64,000 nucleotides of DNA from an uncultured Alphaproteobacteria bacterium (GTDB lineage Bacteria > Pseudomonadota > Alphaproteobacteria > Micavibrionales > UBA1664), in NCBI GenBank assembly GCA_943789475.1, contig CALSUG010000008.1:183053-247052 (forward strand), in the 5' to 3' direction. The notes beneath the pieces are model-generated. The model was not told where the DNA came from. It searched no databases and was given only the letters and a program-made list of their open reading frames with translations. Shown here piece by piece: positions 36,469 through 46,631 of the stretch. Made by a program: the position numbers and the translations under genes. Positions within the stretch are counted from its first letter, which is position 1. The number at the start of each line of letters is the position of its first letter.

Positions 36469-39453
36469 TTATACAATAACGGTGCCCTCATTTACAAGTT
36501 GTTCAAAGTTATCTTCGTTGATAACAACATTGTTTAATCGTGCAATTGTCTGTGATCCGTATGCATCGCCTGTACCGTCGGCATCAATAAAGATATAAGA
36601 TCGAGTTGCATCACTTGCAAAATCAACAAAGTCAAAGATGTTATCCGTTTCTTCGTCATAACCACTTAATAGATCAGAGATATCTAAAACATCTTCGGCT
36701 AAATTAAAGTCATAGATCAAATCAGCTTTACCTGGGTCTGTGTAATCGGTGATTGTGTCCATGACAAATGTGTCTGAACCTTCACCACCGTGTAAACGGT
36801 CATAACCAGATCCACCGTTTAAGGTATCATTACCTTCGTTACCATAAAGTGTATCTATTCCAGCTCCACCAAGTAAAATGTCATCACCAAGATATCCAGA
36901 CAGTACATCATACCCTATACCACCATTAATAATGTTATTTGTTGCATCGCCTTGAATTGAATCATGACCATCTGTTCCGTGTTGTGTGAACATTTCAAAC
37001 AGATCAACAGAACTATCATTCGTGATTTTTATGTTTCCACTAAGAACAAGATCTTGGAATGTAAATTCATTAATTACTGCATCATCCAAACGAACAATTG
37101 TTTGAGATGTGCTTTGTGTTCCTTGACCATCCGCATCAACAAAAATGAACGAACGTTCTGCATCACTGGCAAAACTAACAAAATCATAAATGTTATGGGT
37201 GTTTGGATCAAAACTACCGAGTAATTCAGAGATATCTAAAACATCTTCTGACGAATTAAAATCAAGAATAAGGTCGTGTCCTGTACTGTCATAATCAGTG
37301 ATAGTATCCATAACAAATGTGTCTGAACCTTCACCACCGTGCAAACGGTCATATCCGGCTCCACCATTGAGGACATCATTACCATATCCTCCATATAGCT
37401 TATCAATATGGTGTCCACCATACAAAGTATCATCACCACGGCCACCTTCTAATATATCGAAGCCATCACCACCATTGAGGACATCATTACCTGCATCACC
37501 ATGAAGGGTGTCATCACCTTCACCACCGGTAAGATTATCGTTACCATCTTCACCTGCAACAATGTCATTACCAGTACTACTGTCGATTGTGTCATCTCCA
37601 TCCGTACCAAATATAATATCATCACCTGCAAAGGGAGTGTTATCCACTGGGTTATCAATGTTGGCCAAATCGATAATACTTCCATTTGAAAATTCTAATG
37701 TTTCAATTGGTTGGCCGTTGAAATGGTTTACAATTGTTGTTTTGTTTCCGTCTCCGAATTCAATGATTAAGTCATTTTCATCTTCTGATTTCGATAAAAT
37801 TAAATCACCGAATGTAAGTGGTGCCGCTACAATTAAACGATCAACGCCTGCGGTATCATCAAGAATATCAATACCATTACTTAAATGATAAACATCACTG
37901 CCGAGATACCCATAAATTATATCGTCACTATCCGTTCCGTTGAAAACATCATCGCTATCCGTTCCATTAGTGATATTCAGGGGTGTATAATTAACTAGGG
38001 CATTGAAATCAGTCATATCTAAAGAGAGGCCATCTGAAAATTCTAATGTTTCGATTGGTTTGCCATTAAATTGATGATAAATAGTTGTTTGATTGCCATC
38101 TCCAAATTCAATGATTAGGTGTTTTCCATTTGTAGATTGTGTGAATTGTAAATCTGTATAGGCTAGACCTTCTTCAACAATTAAACGATCAACACCATCT
38201 ACATCATGAATAATGTCAACTCCACTACTTAAAACGTAAGTATCATCCCCGTAGTGGCCGTGTAATCTATCATTTCCATCACCGCCGTTCAGGCGATCGT
38301 TTCCATCACCGCCATGTAGACGATCATCACCATCACCGCCGTTCAGGCGATCGTTTCCATTACCGCCATGTAGACGATCATCACCATCAACGCCGTTCAG
38401 GGTGTCATTATCGTCACCACCGTGTAAGCGGTCATTACCAGCATCACCATTAAGAGTGTCATTTCCATTACCACCGTGCAGAATGTCATCAGCGTCACCG
38501 CCGTTCAGGGTGTCATTTCCATCACCGCCGTTCAGACGATCATTGCCAGCGTCACCGTTGACAATATCATCACCGTCACCTGCGTTTACACGATCATCAC
38601 CGTTTCCGCCATTGATCGTATCATTCCCGTGTCGTGTGTTAATTTTATCGTTTCCATCACCGCCATTGACAACGTCATTACCAGCATGCGTGTTAATTTT
38701 ATCGTTGCCATCACCGCCTTCTACGATTTGATCATCATTGCGATCATTTAACGTAGGGTTTTTGACATCAGGTCCTTCAACGACCAGTGTTGTTAGGTCG
38801 ACGGTTGAACCATCCGATAATTCAAGAATTTCAACAGAACGACCATTATAGTGATTTACGATGGTCGTTTTATTGCCGGCACCAAATTCAATAATTAAGT
38901 GACGACCATTTGATGATTTAGAAAAAGACAAATCTGAAAGTGTAACGCCAGCTTGTGCAACAATACGATCAGATTCCCCAAAAACATCATGGATAACATC
39001 TTGTCCATTGCTTAAGATATAGGTGTCGGAACCGTGCCCGCCATATAGGCGATCGGATCCATCGCCCCCATTGATATGATCATTTCCATCACCACCGTGT
39101 AAACGGTCATCACCATCACCGCCGTTCAAAACATCTATATCATTTCCGCCATATAGGCGATCAGATCCATCGCCACCTATTAACGTGTCGTTGCCATCGC
39201 CACCTATTAACGTGTCGTTGCCATCACCGCCATCAAGGGTGTCGTGGTCATTGCCACCGTGTAAACGGTCATCACCATTTCCGCCAGATAATGCGTCATT
39301 TCCATCACCGCCATGCAGACGATCGTTACCACCACCACTATCAAGGGTGTCGTTACCGTCACGACCGACGATTTTATCAGCATTTTCGGTCCCAGTTAAC
39401 GAGTCTGCAACGCGTTCTCCGCGGATGACATTATATTCAACTTGATCTGACAT
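36469..39453 (-). CDS. RTX-type calcium-binding repeat protein, probable type I secretion substrate
   Basis: Dozens of GGxGNDxL nonapeptides and three ..LIIEFG.GN.TTI..FNG.PIETLEFS.G.. modules. The C-terminal ..EDVLDISDLL... target-type domain is present twice. Confidence 0.85.
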   Translation of the reverse strand: MSDQVEYNVIRGERVADSLTGTENADKIVGRDGNDTLDSGGGNDRLHGGDGNDALSGGNGDDRLHGGNDHDTLDGGDGNDTLIGGDGNDTLIGGDGSDRLYGGNDIDVLNGGDGDDRLHGGDGNDHINGGDGSDRLYGGHGSDTYILSNGQDVIHDVFGESDRIVAQAGVTLSDLSFSKSSNGRHLIIEFGAGNKTTIVNHYNGRSVEILELSDGSTVDLTTLVVEGPDVKNPTLNDRNDDQIVEGGDGNDKINTHAGNDVVNGGDGNDKINTRHGNDTINGGNGDDRVNAGDGDDIVNGDAGNDRLNGGDGNDTLNGGDADDILHGGNGNDTLNGDAGNDRLHGGDDNDTLNGVDGDDRLHGGNGNDRLNGGDGDDRLHGGDGNDRLNGGDGNDRLHGHYGDDTYVLSSGVDIIHDVDGVDRLIVEEGLAYTDLQFTQSTNGKHLIIEFGDGNQTTIYHQFNGKPIETLEFSDGLSLDMTDFNALVNYTPLNITNGTDSDDVFNGTDSDDIIYGYLGSDVYHLSNGIDILDDTAGVDRLIVAAPLTFGDLILSKSEDENDLIIEFGDGNKTTIVNHFNGQPIETLEFSNGSIIDLANIDNPVDNTPFAGDDIIFGTDGDDTIDSSTGNDIVAGEDGNDNLTGGEGDDTLHGDAGNDVLNGGDGFDILEGGRGDDTLYGGHHIDKLYGGYGNDVLNGGAGYDRLHGGEGSDTFVMDTITDYDSTGHDLILDFNSSEDVLDISELLGSFDPNTHNIYDFVSFASDAERSFIFVDADGQGTQSTSQTIVRLDDAVINEFTFQDLVLSGNIKITNDSSVDLFEMFTQHGTDGHDSIQGDATNNIINGGIGYDVLSGYLGDDILLGGAGIDTLYGNEGNDTLNGGSGYDRLHGGEGSDTFVMDTITDYTDPGKADLIYDFNLAEDVLDISDLLSGYDEETDNIFDFVDFASDATRSYIFIDADGTGDAYGSQTIARLNNVVINEDNFEQLVNEGTVIV
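36472..37569 (-). repeat. tandem duplication (~549-nt unit) of the RTX C-terminal module
   Basis: The identical 29-mer ACAAATGTGTCTGAACCTTCACCACCGTG occurs at 36764 and 37313, with flanking similarity. Unit ends are approximate. Confidence 0.6.
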
Positions 39454-39543
39454 TATATATTCCTTTGATGGGTAACCTTTTAATTCACAACAATATCATC
39501 ATACTTAATAAAGTTTAAAATAACCTTAAGTAGTGTCTATTTG

Positions 39544-41769
39544 TTAACGTCCTCTTGATCTTTCTGCTTCGGCAATCTCTGGTGTTGTACGCAGTGCGGC
39601 AACGATATTATTCAGATGTGAGACATCTTCGACATATACATCAATATACATGTCCCAAAAATCAAGTGATCGGTTTGTGATTTTTAAATTTGTAATATTT
39701 CCACCGTTTGTTGAAACGACGTTTGATAGTGTTCCTAATGCTCCGGTATCATTGGAAATAGTGATTAAAATTCGTCCGACATGGGATTCTGGTGTGTCTT
39801 GATCATCACCCCATGAAACTTCTAACCATCTTTCAGGCGTATCTGCAAAATTTTCAAGAGTATCACAATCCATGGTGTGAACTGTAACACCACGTCCTGT
39901 TGAAACAATACCGACAATTCTATCGCCAGGAAGAGGGTGACAGCATCGTGCAAAGTGAACAGCCATACCAGGAATCAAGCCTTTAATAGGCATTGGTCCG
40001 CCCTTGTTGGTTTTTGGTTTTTGCGCGTATTGTTCAATTGATGGAATATTATGTTCTATTCTATCACTTTGTCTTTTTTGTTGATCTGATTGATGATCGG
40101 GCATTGCTGCACGAAATACGTCCCGTGCAACGATATTTCCTTGTCCAACTCCTGTGATGATGTCTTCAATACTATCAACACGGAATTGTCCAGATAAGCC
40201 GTTCAACATTTTTTCGACGAAATCTAACCCTTCTTGTTTAAAGGTTTTTACGACCATCGCACGGCCTAGCTCCATGTATTGATCACGTTGTTGCTGGCGG
40301 ATGAAACGACGAATGTGTGATTTGGCCTTACCAGTGGCAGCAAAACGTTCCCATGTTGGTGAAGGAGATTGATTCTTAGATGTTTGAATATCAACCTGAT
40401 CACCATTGTTTAATTTTGTGCTTAATGGTGCAATTCGGCCATTAATTTTGGCTCCTACACATTTATTTCCAACATCAGAGTGAATAGCATACGCAAAATC
40501 AATTGATGATGCACCGGCGGGCAATTCAATTAAATCCCCTTTTGGTGTGAAACAAAAAACTTGTTCAGAAAAAAGTTCTAACTTTGTGTTTTCAAGAAAA
40601 TCTTCTGCCTGAGAATCTTGCTCGATGATTTCTAAAAGTTCACGTAGCCAACGGAATTTCTTCATATCCCCAGTGGTGCTTTCAGTAGGTTTTCCCTGTT
40701 TGTACGCCCAATGTGCAGCAACCCCTAAATCAGCTTCTTCATGCATGAAATTAGTTCGAATTTGAATTTCAATGCGCTGGTTTTCTGGTCCGATAACCGT
40801 CGTATGAATAGATTTATATCCGTTTGTTTTTGGGGTTGATATATAGTCTTTAAAACGCCCAGGAACGGTTGGATAATGAGAGTGGATCAGACCAAGCATA
40901 TGGTAGCATTGTTCAATTGTGTCGACCATAATACGGAATGCCATGATGTCGGACAATTGCTCAAATGCAACATTTTTACGCTGCATTTTTTTCCAAATTG
41001 AAAAACGTGTTTTTTCACGGCCAGATACCTCTGCGGTTATGCCGGCTTCATTAGCTTGACCGGATAAGGTTTTAATAATGCGATTAACAATGTCTGTCCC
41101 TTCAGATCGGAGAAATGTCAGGCGCTTTGAAATAGATTCTCGTGCCTCAGTATGTAATTCAGCAAAGGCTAAATCCTGTAATTCTTCTTTAATCTTGTGA
41201 ATACCGATACGTTCGGCCAATGGCGCATAAATTTCAATTGTTTCACGGGCGATACGTTTGCGTTTATGAGGTTTTCCAACGGCATTGAGTGTTCGCATAT
41301 TGTGCAAACGATCAGCCAGTTTTACCAAGAGAACACGGATGTCTTCGGACATAGCTAAAACAAGTTTACGAAAATTTTCAGCTTGTTTACCTTCGACCGT
41401 TTTGCTTTCAATCTGGTTCAACTTTGTAACACCATCGACCAGTGAGGCTACTTCGGGACTAAATTGTTTTTCAATATCATCCAATGTGGCATCGGTATCT
41501 TCGACAGTGTCATGTAAAACCGCGGTGATAATGGATGCATCGTCTAGCTTCATGTTGGCAAGAATTTGAGCAACCTCTAATGGATGGGTATAATATGGTT
41601 CGCCAGACGAACGTGTTTGCCCTTCATGTGCTTTTTTTGCAAATTCACAGGCTTTTTCAATAAGTAAGAGATTGCCATCCTCATTATAAGATTGAACAGT
41701 GTTAATCAATTCGATGATTTGTGGATCAGACATGGGGACTTTCAAATTCGTTTTTATTTTATGATACAC
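39544..41769 (-). CDS. spoT: bifunctional (p)ppGpp synthetase/hydrolase (Rsh, SpoT/RelA family)
   Basis: HD domain HDTVEDT, a synthetase domain, and TGS and ACT regions. The start may be ATG 41731-41733 (MSDPQII..). Confidence 0.9.
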   Translation of the reverse strand: MYHKIKTNLKVPMSDPQIIELINTVQSYNEDGNLLLIEKACEFAKKAHEGQTRSSGEPYYTHPLEVAQILANMKLDDASIITAVLHDTVEDTDATLDDIEKQFSPEVASLVDGVTKLNQIESKTVEGKQAENFRKLVLAMSEDIRVLLVKLADRLHNMRTLNAVGKPHKRKRIARETIEIYAPLAERIGIHKIKEELQDLAFAELHTEARESISKRLTFLRSEGTDIVNRIIKTLSGQANEAGITAEVSGREKTRFSIWKKMQRKNVAFEQLSDIMAFRIMVDTIEQCYHMLGLIHSHYPTVPGRFKDYISTPKTNGYKSIHTTVIGPENQRIEIQIRTNFMHEEADLGVAAHWAYKQGKPTESTTGDMKKFRWLRELLEIIEQDSQAEDFLENTKLELFSEQVFCFTPKGDLIELPAGASSIDFAYAIHSDVGNKCVGAKINGRIAPLSTKLNNGDQVDIQTSKNQSPSPTWERFAATGKAKSHIRRFIRQQQRDQYMELGRAMVVKTFKQEGLDFVEKMLNGLSGQFRVDSIEDIITGVGQGNIVARDVFRAAMPDHQSDQQKRQSDRIEHNIPSIEQYAQKPKTNKGGPMPIKGLIPGMAVHFARCCHPLPGDRIVGIVSTGRGVTVHTMDCDTLENFADTPERWLEVSWGDDQDTPESHVGRILITISNDTGALGTLSNVVSTNGGNITNLKITNRSLDFWDMYIDVYVEDVSHLNNIVAALRTTPEIAEAERSRGR

Positions 41770-41770
41770 A

Positions 41771-41802
41771 TAAAAAAAGGCTGGTTAAAGATAAACCAGC
41801 CT
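41771..41802 (-). terminator. intrinsic terminator between rpoZ and spoT
   Basis: 9-bp stem AGGCTGGTT/AACCAGCCT with a T-run on the minus strand. Confidence 0.6.
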
Positions 41803-41824
41803 TTCTCGTAAAATACTATGCTTT

Positions 41825-42223
41825 TTATTCTGCAGAAAGATCGCCAGCAAGTGATTGCAGGATATCATCATCTGTTGGAGCAACATTCATGTCATCTTCT
41901 GAGTAAACACCAGCAGCTTTCATTAATTCTTCTTCTTCATTCGCACTTGGTTCATTACTGATTAGTTCTGCAAGATCGATATCATCGTTATCTGATTCAT
42001 GAACACGTTGGTAAGATTGAATTAAATCTTCCGTTACTTCATCAGTTTCAATAGTTTTTTCAGCAATTTCACGTAATGAAATAACAGTGTTTTTATCGTT
42101 GTCACGTGAAACGGTAATTGGAGCGCCAGAACCGATTTTACGAGCACGTTGAGATGCCGTCATGATTAGTTCAAAACGATTTGGAATTTCAGTAACACAG
42201 TCTTCTGTTGTAACACGAGCCAT
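41825..42223 (-). CDS. rpoZ: DNA-directed RNA polymerase subunit omega
   Basis: MARVTTEDCV..IPNRFELIMTASQRARKI. Confidence 0.85.
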   Translation of the reverse strand: MARVTTEDCVTEIPNRFELIMTASQRARKIGSGAPITVSRDNDKNTVISLREIAEKTIETDEVTEDLIQSYQRVHESDNDDIDLAELISNEPSANEEEELMKAAGVYSEDDMNVAPTDDDILQSLAGDLSAE

Positions 42224-42309
42224 AATTAATCCTTCTATATGGTATAAATTTTCTTATTTTTTAACGACCTTCAGTGTAAAAAGCAAGAGTTTTCGTGAAA
42301 CTTGCGGTT

Positions 42310-45300
42310 TTAATCGGGAGATGATGCCATAAACATTTTATGTGTTAATGATTTGATATCATCGATGGTCAATATAAGGCACGGAACAAGAACCATAATA
42401 ACACCCGTTGCAAAAATTATTCCTGTTGCTAATGACACAACCATTGGAACCAAAAATTTAGCTTGGACGGAAGGTTCGAGTAATATCGGAAGTAATCCAA
42501 TACTTGTGGTCATCGTTGTCAATAAAATAGGGCGAAAACGACGTTTTATTGCGGCTATTGATGCATCATAAGCACGCATTCCATTGGTGCGTTGTTTATT
42601 AAGGTAATCTAGTAAAACAACAGAGTCATTGACGACAACGCCGGCCAAGGCAACCATCCCAAACAATGATATGAATGTCAGATCGTGTCCCAATAGGTAA
42701 TGTCCCCATATTGCACCGACAATGCCAAATGGAATGGCCGACATTATAACGACAGGTTGGATGTAACTGCGTAATTGCGCACCTAATAAAACGTAAATGA
42801 GAAGAGATGCGATTAGCATGTTGCGTCCAAGGCTGGCCATGTCTTCGGCTTGTTCTTTACTTTCTCCCTCAAAAGAATAATGAAGTTTTGGATAGCGTTC
42901 CTCTAATTTTGGTAAAATATCCTGGGTAAGCGGTTTCATGATTTCCGCGGGTGTTGTGATTGCTTCATCTGCTTTGGCTGTAACACTTGTATATCTTAAA
43001 CCATTATAAGTGTTAATAGAAGCATACCCATTTTGTTGCTTTATTTTGGCAACGAATTTCAATGGTACTTGGCGTCCATCATCAAGGCGAATACGCATAC
43101 TTTCGATCGTGTTTACATTTTCCCGCTCTTCCTTTGGATAACGAACGTAGACCAAAACTTCAGATTTTCCGCGTTGTAATCTTTGGGCTTCAATTCCAAA
43201 AAATGCCGCGCGTAACTCTTGCCCTAATTTTGCGGGCGTTAAACCAACCGCGTGCCCTTGTGGAGTTAATTCAAAAACATATTCTGTCTTTCCAGGTTCA
43301 AAGCTGTCTGCGACCTCCTTTGTTCCGTTGATAGATTTTAAGGATTCTTTTAATTCCTCAGCAGCTTGATTTAATTCAAATTCATTCGGATGGGACAGAT
43401 AGACATTGATATCAGCTTCATCATGAATAATAGAACTTTGAAATTCTAAAGTTTCAATATTCGGTAAATTAGAGATTTTTTCTCTGATCATGCCTTCAAT
43501 TTCACTGGACGAAACGTCACGAAACTCTGAAGGAACAAGTTGTATTTGAAACTGACCACGGTGGCTGGCGGTGGACGATCTGCCATTGCCTTCGGGACCA
43601 CCGCCTTGATTGTTCACTTCACCAATATTCGTTGTTAAGCTTTTAAATACTTTGTCGCCATCTTTTTCAAGATTTTCGCGAATGTTATCAATGTGGGTTT
43701 CGATCGTGTTCATCGTGTTTTTTGTAATGTCGTACGGTGTACCAATAGGCATGTTAACCTTGATTTCGACTTTGTCGGCCTCAATATTAGGTAAGAAAAT
43801 AAAACGAATTGTCCCTGTTGATACAAGCGTCATTGTAATAAAGGAAAAACAAAGAAACCCAACAATTACAGCGTACCGAAATGTCATGCAAAATTTTGCA
43901 ATTGGAACGATAATTGTATCTGTGAAATGCGTTAAACTTGAGGTGAATTTGTCACGAATTGTGGCCATAACACCACGACTCCACCGTTTTGGATTGGACA
44001 GGTGAGATGGCAAAATAAAATAAGCTTCTAATAGTGATATTGCTAAAATCGGAATAATAACCATGGGAATAACACTAATAATTTGACCAAGTGTTCCTGT
44101 GCTTAACATTAGTGGTGCAAAGGCGGCAATGGTTGTTGAAACACCAACAGTTACAGGGGCAATAACGTTTTTGACACCACGTAAAACAGCCTTTGGATCG
44201 TTGGGATTGGCACGTTGTTCCTCAAAAATACTTTCACCAACAATAATGGCATCGTCAACAACGACACCTAGCACTATAATAAGTGCAAACACAGATACCA
44301 TATTGATGCTGAGTCCATAAAAATTGGCAATCATTAAGCCACCTAAAAATGACACAGGCACGGCAATACTTGTCCAAAAGGCGAGTTTTAAATCAAGAAA
44401 TAATAAAAGGATGGTAAAAACCAACATAAAGCCGATAATTCCGTTACGTACCATCAAACTTATCCGTCCACTTAATGGTACTGTTTCATCATTTTGAATG
44501 GATAGCGTTAAGCCTTGCGGGAGAGAAACTTTATCAAGGTAAGTGCGCACATTTTCAACTGTTGATAATGTGTCCGCACTATCGCTTCTGGAAATATCGA
44601 TTTGTGCTGCACGTTCGCCATTAAAACGGCTGTCGAGTGAATTGTCAGTAAAACCATCACGAACGATTGCTATATCTTTTAATAACAAGTTAGCTCCATT
44701 GGGTAAGGAAGTTACAACGATTGTTTCAAATTCTGATCGTGTGTAACGTTTTTCTTGAATTCTGAGTAAAATATCACCGCGTTTCGATTCAATTGTTCCT
44801 GCTGGCACATCAATGGAAAATTGTTGTATCGCATTTGCAATATCTTGCAGATTTAATTCGTAATCTTGTAGTGTGTTTTCGGAAATTTCGATTGAGATTT
44901 GGTAATCACGAACACCGCGAATACTTGTGTTTGCGATACCTGGTAATAATTTTATCTCATCTTCTATTTGATCAGCCCAATATTTAATTGCGCGTTCGCT
45001 TACATCACCATGAATTGCGAGGGTTAAAATGTTTGGCGTTACACGCATTTTGGTAATGAGGGGTCTTTCAGCATTTTCAGGTGGGAAATCCACGAGGCCA
45101 TTAACCGCGGTATCAACATCGTTATATACATCATCGGCATTTACAAAATCTTTTAATTCAACATAAACGACACCAGCACCTTCTGCGGCGGTTGCATCAA
45201 CATTTTTAACACCTTCAATGCCTGTGAGAGATTGTGTAATACGTGATGTGATGCCCTCTTCAACCTCATAGGGAGTGGCGCCAGGATAGACGACAGAAAC

Positions 45301-45465
45301 GGTTACCATTCGAGGATCGATGGATGGAAATGTTTCGGTACGCATCATTTTTATGCTTAAAATTCCTCCAATGACCAAAAACATCATCATGATATTAGCA
45401 GCCACATGGTTATCAACGAACCATCCGATTAGACCCTTATGATGATCGTGCGGTGACGTGCTCAT
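42310..45465 (-). CDS. RND efflux transporter permease (AcrB family)
   Basis: 1051 aa with a 12-TM/2-loop layout and family-typical segments (VVDDAIIV.., VVNDSVVLLD..). Confidence 0.9.
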   Translation of the reverse strand: MSTSPHDHHKGLIGWFVDNHVAANIMMMFLVIGGILSIKMMRTETFPSIDPRMVTVSVVYPGATPYEVEEGITSRITQSLTGIEGVKNVDATAAEGAGVVYVELKDFVNADDVYNDVDTAVNGLVDFPPENAERPLITKMRVTPNILTLAIHGDVSERAIKYWADQIEDEIKLLPGIANTSIRGVRDYQISIEISENTLQDYELNLQDIANAIQQFSIDVPAGTIESKRGDILLRIQEKRYTRSEFETIVVTSLPNGANLLLKDIAIVRDGFTDNSLDSRFNGERAAQIDISRSDSADTLSTVENVRTYLDKVSLPQGLTLSIQNDETVPLSGRISLMVRNGIIGFMLVFTILLLFLDLKLAFWTSIAVPVSFLGGLMIANFYGLSINMVSVFALIIVLGVVVDDAIIVGESIFEEQRANPNDPKAVLRGVKNVIAPVTVGVSTTIAAFAPLMLSTGTLGQIISVIPMVIIPILAISLLEAYFILPSHLSNPKRWSRGVMATIRDKFTSSLTHFTDTIIVPIAKFCMTFRYAVIVGFLCFSFITMTLVSTGTIRFIFLPNIEADKVEIKVNMPIGTPYDITKNTMNTIETHIDNIRENLEKDGDKVFKSLTTNIGEVNNQGGGPEGNGRSSTASHRGQFQIQLVPSEFRDVSSSEIEGMIREKISNLPNIETLEFQSSIIHDEADINVYLSHPNEFELNQAAEELKESLKSINGTKEVADSFEPGKTEYVFELTPQGHAVGLTPAKLGQELRAAFFGIEAQRLQRGKSEVLVYVRYPKEERENVNTIESMRIRLDDGRQVPLKFVAKIKQQNGYASINTYNGLRYTSVTAKADEAITTPAEIMKPLTQDILPKLEERYPKLHYSFEGESKEQAEDMASLGRNMLIASLLIYVLLGAQLRSYIQPVVIMSAIPFGIVGAIWGHYLLGHDLTFISLFGMVALAGVVVNDSVVLLDYLNKQRTNGMRAYDASIAAIKRRFRPILLTTMTTSIGLLPILLEPSVQAKFLVPMVVSLATGIIFATGVIMVLVPCLILTIDDIKSLTHKMFMASSPD

Positions 45466-46631
45466 TTTTTTTGATTATCTTTCGTATTCAGAATTTTTAC
45501 GGATGTTCCGTTTATGCCGCCAGATATTTTACTGGTTACTATTTGAGTAATATTTTTTAAATTTTGGATCATAACAATATCGTCAATTGAATAAAGAATA
45601 TCAGGTGTGAATGATTGCAATTTTTCATTGTCATCGACAAAATAAATCTGCCCATCTTTTTGATATGCTGAGAGGGGGATAACCGCTATATCCGCATAGG
45701 TAGGGCCTTTAATGTTGATTGTGACGAATTGACCCGGCATAAGAGGGTGTGAAGTGTCGTGGATGCCAAAGGAAACAGATGCAAAACGTGTTTCCTGATC
45801 TAGATTTGGCGCACCTCTTTTTAAAAAACCTGTTGTTGAAATTGTCCCATGCAAAGAGGTGTGCGACAACTTTATATTTTGTTGATCGCTACCCTGCAAC
45901 CAATGGAGCTGTTGTTCATTTAAAGATGATTTTATTTCCATATTTTTTTTATCATAAACAGATCCGTAATTTTGCCCCGCGCTAATAAATTGTCCGATGG
46001 ATAGGTCCCCTGATAAAACAACACCATCAAATGGCATGGAAACGATTGTTCGCTCTAGATCTAATCGTGCATCTTGTAACCGTGCTTGTGCCGCCGTTAG
46101 ATTTGCTTGGGCATCGTTCAATTGTGGAATTTTGGCAACTAAATCTGGAATAGGTCGTTTTCCGCGCATTTGTTTCCATTCTTTTTTCGCGGCGTCGCTT
46201 TCTGCTTGGGCAAGGTTCAAGTTCGTTTGTGCTTTTGATACTTCTGCTTCTAATTGTCGAACTGTTAATTCAAAGTCAATGGGATCTATTTGAAAAAGTG
46301 TGTCGCCAGATTTAAATTGACCACCTTCATAAAAATTATCATTAACTGATATAACCTTGCCATTTACCTGTGGAACAACATTAATGTTTGTACGGGAAGA
46401 AACAATGCCAGTTGCTTGAAATTTTATAGCATGGCTGGACGGTTCTATCGTAGCAATCGTGACGTTAATAGGTAATTCGCCGGCGGATGATTCTGCATCC
46501 AATTTTTCTTCAATTTTAAGGGCTGCTGCCGCCATAAATGATATGATGATAAAGATAACAATAGCGATAAGTTGAATTACACCTGTTCTTTTGTCTTTTG
46601 ATGATGTCATGGCGTTGTTCCTTGATGGCAT
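45462..46631 (-). CDS. RND efflux periplasmic adaptor (MFP)
   Basis: N-terminal TM, coiled-coil hairpin region and a 4-nt overlap with the pump gene. Confidence 0.8.
   Translation of the reverse strand: MPSRNNAMTSSKDKRTGVIQLIAIVIFIIISFMAAAALKIEEKLDAESSAGELPINVTIATIEPSSHAIKFQATGIVSSRTNINVVPQVNGKVISVNDNFYEGGQFKSGDTLFQIDPIDFELTVRQLEAEVSKAQTNLNLAQAESDAAKKEWKQMRGKRPIPDLVAKIPQLNDAQANLTAAQARLQDARLDLERTIVSMPFDGVVLSGDLSIGQFISAGQNYGSVYDKKNMEIKSSLNEQQLHWLQGSDQQNIKLSHTSLHGTISTTGFLKRGAPNLDQETRFASVSFGIHDTSHPLMPGQFVTINIKGPTYADIAVIPLSAYQKDGQIYFVDDNEKLQSFTPDILYSIDDIVMIQNLKNITQIVTSKISGGINGTSVKILNTKDNQKK

Noticed and set aside
37298-39445. Several plus-strand ORFs (37298..37504, 37508..37888, 38402..38731, 38476..38751, 39185..39445) encoding Ser/Pro-rich 'SPPxxVS' repeats.
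   Set aside because: They are the antisense reading of the GGxGNDxL repeat DNA of the RTX gene. Their periodic low-complexity translation is an artefact, and there are no RBS signals.
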